This document shows positions 41,901-54,442 of a stretch of 64,000 bases of DNA, piece by piece (position 1 is the first letter of the stretch; each line of letters opens with the position of its first letter). Below the pieces are notes generated by a model. The model was given only the letters and a program-made list of their open reading frames with translations, was not told where the DNA came from and made no database searches. This DNA comes from the human T2T-CHM13v2.0 reference genome, Homo sapiens: NCBI RefSeq assembly GCF_009914755.1, contig NC_060928.1. One strand, 5' to 3'. The translations under genes and the position numbers were made by a program.

Positions 41901-42175
41901 TATTTCCTCTGTGCTTCCCCTAAATCTACTCCCTATCGTGTAAAATATCTTTGATAGAAACTGAGTACAGTTAATTATTTCCTTCTTCACAGGATCCTGA
42001 AGGACTGAATATATGTTATCATTGTATTTTAGTAGTTTACAATATTACCAATGAAAAATGAAATTTTATTTTATGAACTTTTTATCTTGCTTTAATATTT
42101 ATATTTTAGAAATAATTTAGCTGAATCCTTTAAGATATGGAGAAAAGAAATTTAGATTATTTTTTCCTTTCCATG

Positions 42176-42349
42176 TTTTTTGTTGTTTTTGTTTTCTTTT
42201 AGAACCAAGATCTCATTCTGTTACCTGGCTGGAGTGCAGTGTCGTGGTTATAGCTCACTGAAGCCTTGAACTCCCGGGCTCAGGTAATCCTCCTGCCACC
42301 TCAGCTTCCAGAATCACTGGGATTACAAGCATGAGCCACTACACTAGAC
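42176..42349 (-). mobile_element. FRAM / AluJ right monomer
   Basis: GGCTGGAGTGCAGTG...ATAGCTCACTGAAGCCTTGAACTCCCGGGCTCAGG...CATGAGCCACTAC. Confidence 0.88.
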
Positions 42350-44687
42350 AAGATTAAAATTTTTTAATATTGATTTTTGGTAACTTGTATTCAAAAATTT
42401 TCCTTGGCATGTTGTTTGCCTTTCAGCTCAGGTATTTATTTTTCTCTAATTAAAATTTTGATTATTACTTTCCTACTATTTCTTTAAGATTATTATTCAT
42501 TAATGCCTCATAACTGAGAATTACACTTCTACTTTGTATATACATATCAATTATTATCACTCATAATTCTGATTACTTTGTCATTTTCTATTGTATCAAT
42601 ATCCATCTTCGGTTTGACTTTAAAAATACAGATTGCACATTCTTTTGTGTCAAATTTGCTTTCTGTTGACTTTTAATGTAGAATTTCAGTCTTCCTACTA
42701 AAATTTTACAGAATTTGCTGGCTTTTATTATTCTTGTTTGTTCTCATTTCTTCTCAGGCTTTTATTTTGTCTTTTTAATCTGTCCTACATTATAATGAAT
42801 CTTTCTTATTTATAGAAACACCATAGACTACTACTGTACAGAGAGCAGAAAACAGAACTTCCTATTGCTTACCTTGGCTTCTGATTCTGAGAAAATTAGA
42901 GAAAAGCTTTCTTTACAAGTCTTAAAATTAGTCTCATTTTCCAATTTTTAAAATGCTTGATGACACAAAAATGCTCTCTGGCTTACAATTTTCTCTTTAT
43001 CCTTATTTATATGTGAACTAGAATAAATTTATCCAGTGATTTACGTTGTCCTCAATCTGCTTCTGAGCATGCCTTTTCTGGGAGACTTCTCTTATCTAAA
43101 GCTGGATCCCAGATTTCTGTATGTAGCCTATGGTAGAAATCCAGCAGGGGTTAATCTATGATAGTGATAAACTTGGACAATGTGGTAGCATTTCCTGCCC
43201 CATTACTTGTTTATCAAAATTTATGAAGAAAATGAATGCCCTGAAGAATCAAAGGCTACTAGTAATTACTTTCTATAGACCAAGTACAGAGAGCACAACT
43301 TTGATTCAGTATGTACAGCTCCCAGGGAATTTTAGTCTCCATTTCTTGTTGGAAAATGTACAATTATACATTTTCTTTTCTTCAGTAACATGGTAGAGAT
43401 TACAATTTGTATTTTCTGGTGGATTAGCAATCTATTCTCAAAAAATGAGTGTCCCAAATCAAGTAAATGTAGGCTTTGCACTTCCAAGCCTAGGGTGAGA
43501 AGAATGATGTGAGGTGTGTCTTCTTCCTCCGAAATTGTTTAGCATGTATTTCCTTCCTTCTGATACTAGATGCAGTATCTTTACTGTTTTGCCTATTCTA
43601 TGAGCATTATATTACGTGGCAATTATTCTCATAGTGTAGCAGATTCAGATTCTTTTTGTTATTGCTGTGAAAAAAAATTATTTGTTTTTATATCAGCAAG
43701 TTTTCAAGGATGTTTTTGTTGAAAGAAATCAAGGAATAGCTATTAGACTTCAGAATGTTTAGACCTGAAGTCTGCCTAAGTTTTTGACAAGCTAACATTT
43801 GTCCTTGTGACAGGTGTCCTGAATTTCAACATAAGTACATCTGTCCATTGCCACAAAAGGTGTTGCATGGGGTAATGGTAAATAACAGACAAATAAAAGC
43901 AGATTTATCTAATAGTACTACAAATACTAGGAACCATATGCTCCCTAGAATAAATAGCATTAATTATACCAGGAGCATTTCAATTTTTACAGAGTGAGCT
44001 TAATGTCATAGAGTGAATGCTAATTGTTCCTTCTGCAGTAAAAGTTCGTTGTTTGTAGGTTGTGGCTTCCTATGATGTCCAGTTTCTCTTCCTGAATATA
44101 AGCCTTTCAGTGAATTTAAGCACCTATTAGGAAATTAAATATCTTGATCATGATAATGAAATCAGTTTATCTGATCTTTTGATAGTATAGCAAAATGAAC
44201 TGTCCAGAAAGTAGAGAATTTCAAACTGATTGCATCTTGGCTGTATCTTTCTATTGATATTAACTAGAAAAATGAAATTATCACTGCCTTTTACCATTGT
44301 TATAAGTAGAATATCCACTTGTGAATTTGTTTTCAAACTTAAGTTATAGCAAATATTGAAAAGAATTTTATGTAACAAAATGTAGTGTTTAAATGTACAG
44401 CAATGCTAGAAGTAGAAAAATACTTTTGCCAAAGTGTAGTAGTCATAAAATCAAAATTAGCAATTATGTTATTATACCTATTTTCTCAAAATACAGTGTT
44501 ATCATATGTATTTTAATGTAAGCATTATAGGCCAAGATCTTTACTATTAAATATAGTTTCTAATATAACGTACTTTTAAATACAATTACATGATTTGGAG
44601 ATTTTCTAAAGATTATATTTTCCCATGTATTTCTTAATCATAGAGTGTTCTTTTGAAGTTGTGAAAAGTAGAGTTCCTTTGATAAAT

Positions 44688-45195
44688 TGATGCAGGGGAA
44701 GTAAGCCTCAAAGTGGAGCTTAGCACACTGGGTTCTTGGCTTTGCCCAGGAAAGAATTCAAGGGCAAGCCAATGGTAGAAGAAAACAGCTTTATTGAAGA
44801 GACAGTGTTACAGCTTTGTGACTACTTCTGCAGAACAGGAATACGATGTAGGCAGAGAGTAGCAGCTCAGGGAAGTTTTGCAGTCATATTTATACCCACT
44901 TTTAATTGCACATAGATAAAGAGGTGGTTTATGCAGAAATTTCTAGGCAACATAAGGACACATGTACTTACGTTGAATCTGTAGGGAAAGGGTAGTAACA
45001 TTTGAGTCATTGGGTCATTGCCATGGAAAAGGCAATAACTTCTGAGTGTCACTACAGCAGCAGTAACTTGACATGGCATGATGGTGGGTGTGTCTGATGG
45101 AAAGCTGCTTAAGCCCTGGTCCTCTTTTTGCCAGTCCTTCACCTGATCCAGAGTCCCAGCCCTGTCTCTGGAGTCAAGTCCTGGCCCCTGCCTCA
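44688..45195 (-). mobile_element. Solo ERV1 LTR (MER66-like)
   Basis: TG...GGGTTCTTGGCTTTGCCCAGGAAAGAATTCAAGGGC...GCTTTATTG...GGAGTCAAGTCCTGGCCCCTGCCTCA; flanks AAAT / AAAC. Confidence 0.8.
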
Positions 45196-45746
45196 AAACT
45201 ATTTGGAAAATAATGATAGATGTTAAACAACAGTTTTCAATATAAACTTGGATTGATATTTATTATTTTATTCAACAAATATTTTAAAAGTATAATAATT
45301 TTCTAAATTACATTTATGTTCTAAGTATTAGTCCTCCAAGAAGTGCAAATTTTCAATGAAAAGTGTAAACAGATATATTTATACAAGGAAAAAGACATAC
45401 TTCTTGATAAGATAAGAAACAAATTGTCTTTTCTGCTAGTAAAGACATTGGTATGTGAGAATAATTTTAATTTGTAAAACAAAATGGAATACTAAAAAGC
45501 AGATAAATCATTCTGTTGCTTTCACAAATATAAACTATAATTACTGTTAATGGGCCCTGTGGCCCTAAATAAAGTAGATGGAATGAAACATATTAAGGAT
45601 TATTTTGATCTCTGGAAAATTACTATACATGTGAGATAACTTCAGAGTTTTACTTTCACTCTAATGAAATTTTGCAATTTGAATAATAAAACTGTCAATT
45701 AGTATTTTATGCTTGGATTATATATTAATATCTTGATTATTTAGTC

Positions 45747-48338
45747 CTGGGATGGGCAAACTACTGCTCACAGGACAAATTCAAACCACCACTGATTTTG
45801 TAAATAATGTTTTATTGAAACAAAAATACATTTTCTCATTTAGGTTTTGTCCATGTGTATTAGTCTGTTATCATGCTGCTAATAAAGATATACCTGAGAC
45901 TGGACAATTTACAAAAGAAAGAGGTTTAACTTGATTTACAGTTCCACATGGCTGGGGAAGACTAACAGTCATGGTGCAAAGCAAAGAGGGGCAAGCCACA
46001 TCTTACATGAATGGTGGTGGGCAAAGAGAGAGAGCATGTGCAGGGGAACTCCTCTTTATAAAACCATCAGAACTCCTGGGACTTATTTACTATCACGAGT
46101 ACAGCATAGGAAAGACTTGTCCTCATGATTAAATTACCTCCCACCAGGTCCCTCCCACAACATATGAGAATTCAATATGAGATTTGGGTGGGGACACAGC
46201 CAAACCATATCATTCCACCTCTGGCCCCTTCCAAATCCCTTGTTCTCACATTTCAAAACCCATCATGCCTTCCCAACAGTCCCCCAAAGTCTTATTTCTG
46301 TATTAACTAAAAAGTCAACAGTCCAAAGTCTCATCTAAGACAAGTCAAATTCCTTCCACCTATGAGCCTGTAAAATCAAAAGCAAGTAAGTTACTTCCTA
46401 GATACAATGGGGGTACAGGGAGTACAGGCAAATACAGCCATTTCAAATGGGAGACAATGGCCAAAATAGAGAGGCTACAGGCTCATGCAAGTCCAAAATC
46501 CAGTGGGGTAGTCAAAGCTCAATGTTCAGAAATGATCTCATTTAACTCCATGTCTCATATCCAGGTCATGTTGATGCAAGAGGTGGGTTCTCATGGTCTT
46601 GGGCAGCTCCATCTCTGTGGCTTTGCAGGGACAGCCCCCCTCCTGTCTGCAGCTTTTCAAGAAGCATGGTGTAAGCTGTCAGTGGATCTACCATGCTGGG
46701 CTCTGGAGAATGGTGGCCCTCTTCTCACAGCTCCACTAGGCAGTGCCCCAGCAGGGACTCTGTGTGGGGGCTCCAACGCCACATTTCCCTTTCTCACTGA
46801 CCTAGCAGAGGTTCTCCATGAGGGCCTTGTCTTGCCCCTGCAGCAAACTTCTGCCTGGGCATCCAGGCCTTTCCATACATCTTCTGAAATCTAGGTGAGG
46901 TTCCTGAACAACAATTTTTGACTACTGTGTACTCACAGGCTCAACACCACATAGAAACTGCCAAGGCCTGGGGCTTGCACCCTCTGAAGCAACAGCTTGA
47001 GCTGTACCTTGATCACTTTTAGTCACACTGGAGCAGCTGGGATGTGGGGCACCAAGTCCCTAGACTGCACACAACAGAGGGACCCTGGACCCAGCCCATG
47101 AAACCATTTTTTCCTCCTAAACCTCTGGGCCTTTGATTAGAGGGGCTGCCACAAAAGTCTCTGGCATGCCCTAGAGACATTTTCCCCATTGTCTTGATGA
47201 TTAGCATTTGGTTCCTCATTACTTTTGCAAATTTCTGCAGCTGGCTTGAATTTATCCTCAGAAAATGGGATTTTCTTTTCTATTGCATGGTCAGGCTGCA
47301 AATTTTGTATTCTATAAAATATATAGATAATTTGTATGAGAATATATACAATTCTGCAAATTTATATATATTATATAATATATAAATATATAGGTAATTT
47401 GTGCAAATATACATAATTCTGCAAATTTTCCAAATTGTTATGTTCTGTTTCCCTTATAAAACTGAATGCCTTTAACAACACCCAACTCACATCTTGAATG
47501 CTTTGCTGCTTAGAAATTTCATCTGCCAGATAACCTAAATCATCTCTTAGAATTTCTTCTGCCAGATACCCTAAATCATCTGTTCAAAGTTTCACAGATC
47601 TCTAGGGCAGTGGCAAAATGCTGCCAGTCTCTTTGCTAAAACATAACAGGAGTCATTTTTGCTCCAGTCCCAACAGGTTCCTCATCTCTATCTGAGACCA
47701 TCTCTGCCTGGATTTCATTGTCCATATCATTATCAGCATTTTGGTCAAAGCCATTCAACAAATATCTAGAGAGTTCCAAACTGTCCCACATTTTCCTGCC
47801 TTCTTCTGAGCCCTCCAAACTGTTCTGACCTCTCTCTGTTACCCAATTCCAAAGTCACTTCTGTCTTTTCAGGTATCTTTTCAGCAGCACCTCACTCTAC
47901 TGGTACCAATTTATTGTATTATGCTAATGAAGACATACCCGAGACTGGGCAATTTACAAAAGAAAGAGGTTTAATGGACTTACAGTTCCACATGGCTGGG
48001 GAGGCCTCGCAGTCATGGTGGAAGGCAAGGAGGAGCACATCACATCTTATGTAGATGGTGGCAGGCAAAGAGAGAGAACTCGTGGAGGGGAATTCCTCTT
48101 TATAAAACCATCATATCTTGTGAGACTTATTCATGAGAAGAGCTTGAGAAAAACTTGCCCCCATGATTTAATTACTGCCCACTGGGTTCCTCCCACAACA
48201 GGAGGGAATTCAAGATGAGATTTGGATGGGTACACAGCCAAACCATATCATTATGCCTACTTTTTTGTCATAGACTGTGTGGACCACAAAGTCTGAAATA
48301 TGTACTATCTGAACTTTTATAGAATATAAACTTTACTG
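45747..48338 (+). mobile_element. MER58A (hAT-Charlie) split by THE1 (45747-45855 and 48251-48338)
   Basis: GGCAAACTAC...TTTTGTAAATAATGTTTTATTGAAAC; resumes with CACAAAGTCTGAAATATGTACTATCTG. Confidence 0.8.
45856..48250 (-). mobile_element. Full-length THE1 (THE1A/B) MaLR: LTRs 45856-46212 and 47915-48250, internal 46213-47914
   Basis: Both LTRs run TGTATT...CAGCCAAACCATATCA; THE1-int motifs; 5-bp TSD CCATG / TTATG. Confidence 0.95.
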
Positions 48339-48764
48339 TATTATTAATAGCAGTACAAATATGAGAAACTTTTCTCCTAATTATTCTGTTGAAAATAAAT
48401 TGTGGAAAAAAAACTTGAAATGCTTAAAAGGCACTAAGACATTCATGAGGGTATTTTTGATAATTAAAAAAAATGCTTATAAAAGACCCAAATTTGTGTT
48501 GTTTTATTTTTCGCATAGAGTAGTATATAGATTCTAGTAATTATACCTATTAAGAATATGTGATAATACTCATATGTATTATTAAAGTAATATTTTCATT
48601 ATATACAATTTATGTATTCAGTGATTATAAAGACAAAATACAATAAAATAATTACCATACTTTGGAAGCTAGTGGTTATATGATTTTTTTCTCTGTTTTC
48701 AAAAATTCTGTTTTATGCTTAAAATGTGCTCTTTTTAAACAATTATTTTCATTTTTATTTTATA

Positions 48765-49226
48765 AATAATATTTTGCTCTGTTGCCCACATTGAAGTGAA
48801 GTGAGTGGGCAATCATAGATCACAGTGGTCTTGAACTCCTGGGCTCAAGCAATCCTCCAACCTCAGCCTCCCAACCCTCAAGCTCAGTTCTCTCAGCTGG
48901 AACTATAGGCACATGCCACCATGCTTATCCCTTTTTCCTTCCTTTCCTTCCTTTCCTTCATTTCCTTCCTTTCCTTCATTTGCTTCCTTTCCTTCTCTTT
49001 CTTTTCTTTCTCTTTCTTTCTTTCTTTCTTTTCTTTCTTTCTTTCTTTCTTTCATTCTTTCTTTCTTTCTTTCTTTCTTTCTTTTCTTTTTCTTTCCTTC
49101 TTTCTTTCTCTCTCTTTCTTTCTTCTCTTTCTTTCTTTCTTTTCTTGAGATAGGGTCTTCCTTAGTTGTCCTTGCTGGTCTTGAACCCCTGGCTTCAAGT
49201 GATCCTCCCACCATGGCCTCCCAAAG
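48765..49226 (-). mobile_element. AluJ whose middle linker has expanded into a ~215-bp (CTTT)/(CCTT) tract
   Basis: Right arm ~48775-48925 (CTTGAACTCCTGGGCTCAAGCAATCC), pyrimidine tract ~48930-49146, left arm 49147-49226. Confidence 0.85.
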
Positions 49227-49983
49227 TAAGATTTGCTCTTAGAGTGAAAAAGATATAAATCATTATGCCCTCAGTTTTTGTTTTTTTGTGTGTGTGTGTT
49301 TAAGGTATATTTTAAAATACATGATAAATATTCCGACATTGCAGCTATCACATTTAATATAACAGGCTTTTGATATTAAAAATAAATTTAGATATCAACT
49401 AATCTACATTTCCAATTAAATATAAAAGTTTTCTGGAAAGTAACTGTCAAGACATTTTTCATCTTCCTCTTCATCATTTCAATGAGAAGAGCTTATAATC
49501 AGACTACTGTATATACCAGAATCTAAAGCTAGAAAATAAATCTCTTTCATATAACTACTTACTTAAATGTCGCATTTTTTTTTCAAAGTGATTACCTTTA
49601 AGTATCATAAGAGATGAAAATAATTTATATAGACTGAAGTTTCTTAGTTTCCTATCTATGACATGAATGTATTTCAAGACATGCTCCACGCTTTTCCTGG
49701 ATGTGCTTATAAATGGATGCTGGTCGAGTTTTGATGAGAATCCACAGGCTTCAGTCATGACTCAGAAAATGCAGGTGACAGATGATAGAATAAAGGTCAC
49801 TACGATCAATCACTCGCTCAAACTTACTAATGTCTACAAATCCTATTTATTGTTCTGGGCTTCTAGGAATACTTTTGTTTTCAGAAATGCTGGATAAGTG
49901 CCCTTCTGTAGACAGACATATTTGTTGTATGGTTCTGTAATTCTGAATGTAATTTATTTTCTTTTTGCTTTTTTGTTTTGTAG

Positions 49984-49986
49984 CAT
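49984..49986 (+). other. Candidate 3-nt microexon (CAT)
   Basis: TTTATTTTCTTTTTGCTTTTTTGTTTTGTAG|CAT|GTGAGT; motif evidence only, no transcript evidence. Confidence 0.35.
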
Positions 49987-50377
49987 GTGAGTTCACCCTA
50001 AAGTATTGAATGTGTAAGAGGGACTTTTGAATCCTTATAAATTACAGATTGTGACTGCAAGTGTCAGAAAATTCTACTTGTTTTAGATTATCATCCTCAT
50101 TAATGTCATCTAATGTTTGTTTAAGTCTGAGATATTGTGAGGGAAAAACATACTCCAATTTATCAGCAGTTAATTTAGTAACTTATAGAGAAAATCAGTA
50201 AATACAGTTTTAAAATAACTGTGGATCTGTTATTTACTCTCATTGCTTTGCTGCTATGATATTGGGAAAATGAATCTACAGTTACTCTCTGAATCGTCAT
50301 CTGTCCTATTATTATACTTTTCTAAACCACTAATGCATGCTTTCAGCTCCCAATTCCTCAATGATATGGCCAAGTGG

Positions 50378-50378
<1 letters not shown>

Positions 50379-50420
<42 letters not shown>

Positions 50421-50472
50421 CACACACATATATACGTATATATGTACGTATGTATACATATATATATATATA
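50379..50472. repeat. (TA)/(CA) compound microsatellite
   Basis: Seen directly. Confidence 0.95.
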
Positions 50473-52079
50473 TGACCTACTAAGTATTTGTGATGTGTTC
50501 TTACTCTTGAAATTACTTGGTGTTGAGCCTTTATGCATGTTTATATTATCTTAACTAGAAAAATCTCAAGTATATCTTTGTAATTTTAACTATATCTTTG
50601 TGAATGTTTACAATGTTTTTATTATTGGTGTCACTGCAGACGTCCAGCTAACATAGAAATAATGCAGATATTTTTTTTACATACTCACTGATTATGCAAG
50701 GAAATGTTGTTTAATATTTTACTGACTGCTGGAGGTAGTGGGGAAAAGTATCTATGATGAAATGGTACTCAGGTTTTTGAAGCTAAATGGATGTTCAAAA
50801 GACTCAACATGTTAGTAGGATAAACTTATATTTTAAAAATGCCAAGAGTGGAATTGCATATATTGACAAGGCATTTATTATTAAGGAATGTATTTTAGTT
50901 TGTTTACATTGACAAAGGCGACATCAATTTTCCCAGTTTCACTAAATATGTAGTATATATAGTCTACAACTTCTTTCTCTTTACATACAAACTGAAATTG
51001 AATCTAGCTATAAAGCATATTTTTTGGCCATTTTTCTCAGTGTTAAAATTGTATTTGAATTTTAGAAATTGAATGGCACTCTATCCCTTGAATAAATAAA
51101 CACATGAACTAAAACGCAAAGTAAAATTTACAATTATCTGATGTGAATTCTCTGTTTTATTGAATATGAATAATCCATATATTTTAATTATATGTGAAGA
51201 ATATATATCAAATACTTTTGTAAAACAAATTACAGAAAATATATATTGAATGGCTGATTTTTGCTCATATGTATAAAATAAATTATTATTGAGTAAATAG
51301 AAACTATTCACCTATGGTTGAAATCTGTTCAGATTGAGGCAGTGTAAATCCATGAATCAGTAAGCTGAATTAGAAACATACACACTCATTCAAAATTTAG
51401 GAATGTGCTAAACAAATGAGCAAGCAATGAAGCAAACACTTGAGGTGTTACTAATTTACTTAATTTAGAATGACGCTTAAAAAAAATTTCAATTTGTTGA
51501 AACTGGTTTTAATTTAATAAAGCCTGTATCTTATTGCCAATTTATTATTGTAGAAAGATGAACTTCAAAATATTATAAAAAACATTACAGAAAAGTATAA
51601 AATTCTACAATGGAGATTTTCTCTTCTACAGTTACTTTTTTGTACCTATGCTTTTAATGTATGGAACTTTTTCTTTGCAGACAGGCGGTTGGAGGCACTA
51701 AAACTTCTATTTCTAAAATCAAATATAAATATCTGAAATTACTAGTTCTTGGCTCTTTTCCTTCCTACATTTCTTTCCCTCTGGCTGAAATTACTTTTTT
51801 TTTTGACATTTCTGGTTTTATTTGGAAAATTAAGTTAAAATTGTTATTGTGTTTAAGATTACATTTTGCCACAACAGCTACCATTGTGATTCTCAGACCC
51901 ATAACAAAAGATATAAAACATGACATTGTCTTCAAAAAAGGAACTAGTTACAAAACAGGACCAAAAGGAAAATTCCCATTTTGGTCTCTGGTCCAGCAAT
52001 AAATACACCTTCCAAAGAATATATATCATTAGATGTGAGATTTGTCAAAATCAGTAATAAGAAAACCAGTTGATCTTAA

Positions 52080-52772
52080 TTACAATGTACAATTCTTGCT
52101 TTATTGGTGTATATTACTCAGTGATATAATTGCTACCTCAAAGTGCCAGTCACTTAGGATTTGACTAGTTACAATGCAAAAGAAAAGACACAATAAAACA
52201 GTTCCAATATGGAGGAATCTTCACAGGTAAAAAGAATGGAGACAGTCTGGAACTGGGACAGTCTGTGTGCTGCTGGTAGGGTGCCTTTCTTAGAGAAATG
52301 AAATTTCCAGTTGATCCATGTGTCCAGTGCATTCTCTAACGGAATCCACATTCTCATTCATATTCGTAAGTACTGCTCGTTCCACTCATTTGCATACAGA
52401 AACTCTTCCCTGAGTTCACACAGGTCAGCGTTGTAGATGATATGGTTGTTAGAAATTCTATCGGCTCATGGAAAAGGCAGAACTTTGCAAAAGTCCATGG
52501 AAGTTTGTTCCTTAACAGGCCAAATGGCTGCAGGTGTAAATTCTTGACTGACTGACGGCAGGTAGAGAGTTTGCTGTGCTCTCTCTTGGGGAAGGGCTTC
52601 TTACAGATCCAAGGGAGAGTCCTAGATGTTTCCAAAGTATGACATATGGATTTCTTTAATTCAACTTAGGCTGAAGTAGGCTGGTGATTTCCATGGCCAA
52701 TAGCTTTTTGAGTTTATGCCATCGGGGGCCCTCCACGCTCACAGCTCTATCATGGCTCAGTTTGGGGTCATT
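52080..52772 (-). ncRNA. Candidate terminal exon of an antisense non-coding transcript
   Basis: Minus-strand acceptor TTTTCTATGTCCTTTTATTTGTTTTTAAG| at 52773; GC/CpG content above background; minus-strand AATAAA at 52100-52105. Confidence 0.3.
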
Positions 52773-53151
52773 CTTAAAAACAAATAAAAGGACATAGAAA
52801 ACATACCCAGAGTGCTGCACTTTCTTGCAATCCATCATAAGGTGTACTGCTCCAAGAAGTCAAATAGAAAACAGGAACAGGACTATTCAAAACAAAAATA
52901 GATATTGTTCTTTGTACAAATGCTACTGAATAACTTGTAGCTTTTTTTAAAGTGTCAAAAAACCTCAGAAATGGCATAATTCAGAAAGCTTATCAAAATA
53001 GGCCTTCTTTCATGGTAAAAATGTGCTTTGTTGGTTCAATTGCTAGAGAAGTCAATGGTTTTAACACTAGACATAAAGCAAAAAAATTAAAAAAGCTTTA
53101 TTTTGAAGGAAAAAAAAAGTTGTATCTGCTCTAGGCTGGGTTTTCAGTAAG

Positions 53152-53374
53152 AGCAGTGAAGGTAGTATTTTTTGTTTGTTTGTTTGTTTGTTTGTTTGTT
53201 TGTTTTGTATTATTCCACCAAGATTCTGAAAGTGTTTTTCCTGGGCTTTGGGTGTGTTTTATTCAGTAGGAAACCCAAGCAGTGAGAGTAATGTTTTGTT
53301 TTGTTTCTCTTATACCACCAAGATTCCTGAAAGTGCTTTTCCTGAGCTTTGGGTGTGTTTTATTCAGTAGGAAA
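53152..53374. repeat. Tandem duplication (~100-125-bp unit) with (TTTG)n expansion in copy 1
   Basis: CCACCAAGATTC(C)TGAAAGTG...CTTTGGGTGTGTTTTATTCAGTAGGAAA occurs twice. Confidence 0.93.
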
Positions 53375-53764
53375 ATCTTTTTCCAACATCTGCAGTGGAA
53401 GGCCAGGGTGGAAACTGCTCACGGCACCAGACCCCTCTCTCTGGGAGAATCTCATTTCTGTAGTTTGTTACTGGCTGAAATGTCTATAAATTTTATTGGA
53501 AATACATAATTTCCAACCCATTTTTTTCACGGTCTCTTTAAAAGCAACTTTATTGTGCATGCTTGTACATTTTAATTAACAGTAATAGTAACCTCTTAGA
53601 CGGAAATAATATATAGATAAGTATGTCCAACTACTTTGTTTCATCATAAAGTATACACAATATTTTCATTAATTTTCACCTTTTAAAATGTTGGAAGTTA
53701 TGCAAGTTTGTTTCTTTAAGTGGCTATATATTCAATTGCCACAATCCATTGACAATATGATGAT

Positions 53765-53995
53765 AGATAACATTTATTGAGTACTAACTATGTGTTCAAA
53801 CTCTTGGTTAAATGAATATTATTTAACTTTGTTTAATCCTCACAATCAATGCAGGAGTGGGTATCAGCATTAGTTTCCTAGATGATGAAACTGAGGATTA
53901 AAGTGAAAAAGTTCCTTGATTAGGATTACATAGTTTGTAATTTATGGTGCTGAAGTTCAAATCCAGGCAGATAAAACAAGTATACTTTTAAATGC
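53765..53995 (-). mobile_element. MIR (MIRb-like)
   Basis: TAACATTTATTGAGTACTAACTATGTG...TTTAATCCTCACAA...GATGATGAAACTGAGG...TTCAAATCCAGGCAG. Confidence 0.85.
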
Positions 53996-54147
53996 CACAA
54001 AATTTTCTTTCCCAAGTAAGTTTGGATGACAACCAAGGACTAAGAAACGCATGAAAATAGTGTTTCACTGTTCCAGCATTTTGATGGAAAAACACACACA
54101 CACACACAAACACACACACTATTTAAATGATATATTTATTGTCACAA

Positions 54148-54442
<295 letters not shown>

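Noticed and set aside
46457-46894. 145-aa ORF (and similar ORFs at 60407-62092)
   Set aside because: Derived from THE1/MST internal sequence and fragmentary
48903-49242. Lys/Glu-rich and Phe/Ser-rich ORFs
   Set aside because: Translations of the (CTTT)n tract
52358-52468. Minus-strand peptide ADRISNNHIIYNADLCELREEFLYANEWNEQYLRI after a TGA, superficially like deiodinase ADRMDNN
   Set aside because: Similarity is limited to a few residues and the frame has several upstream stops
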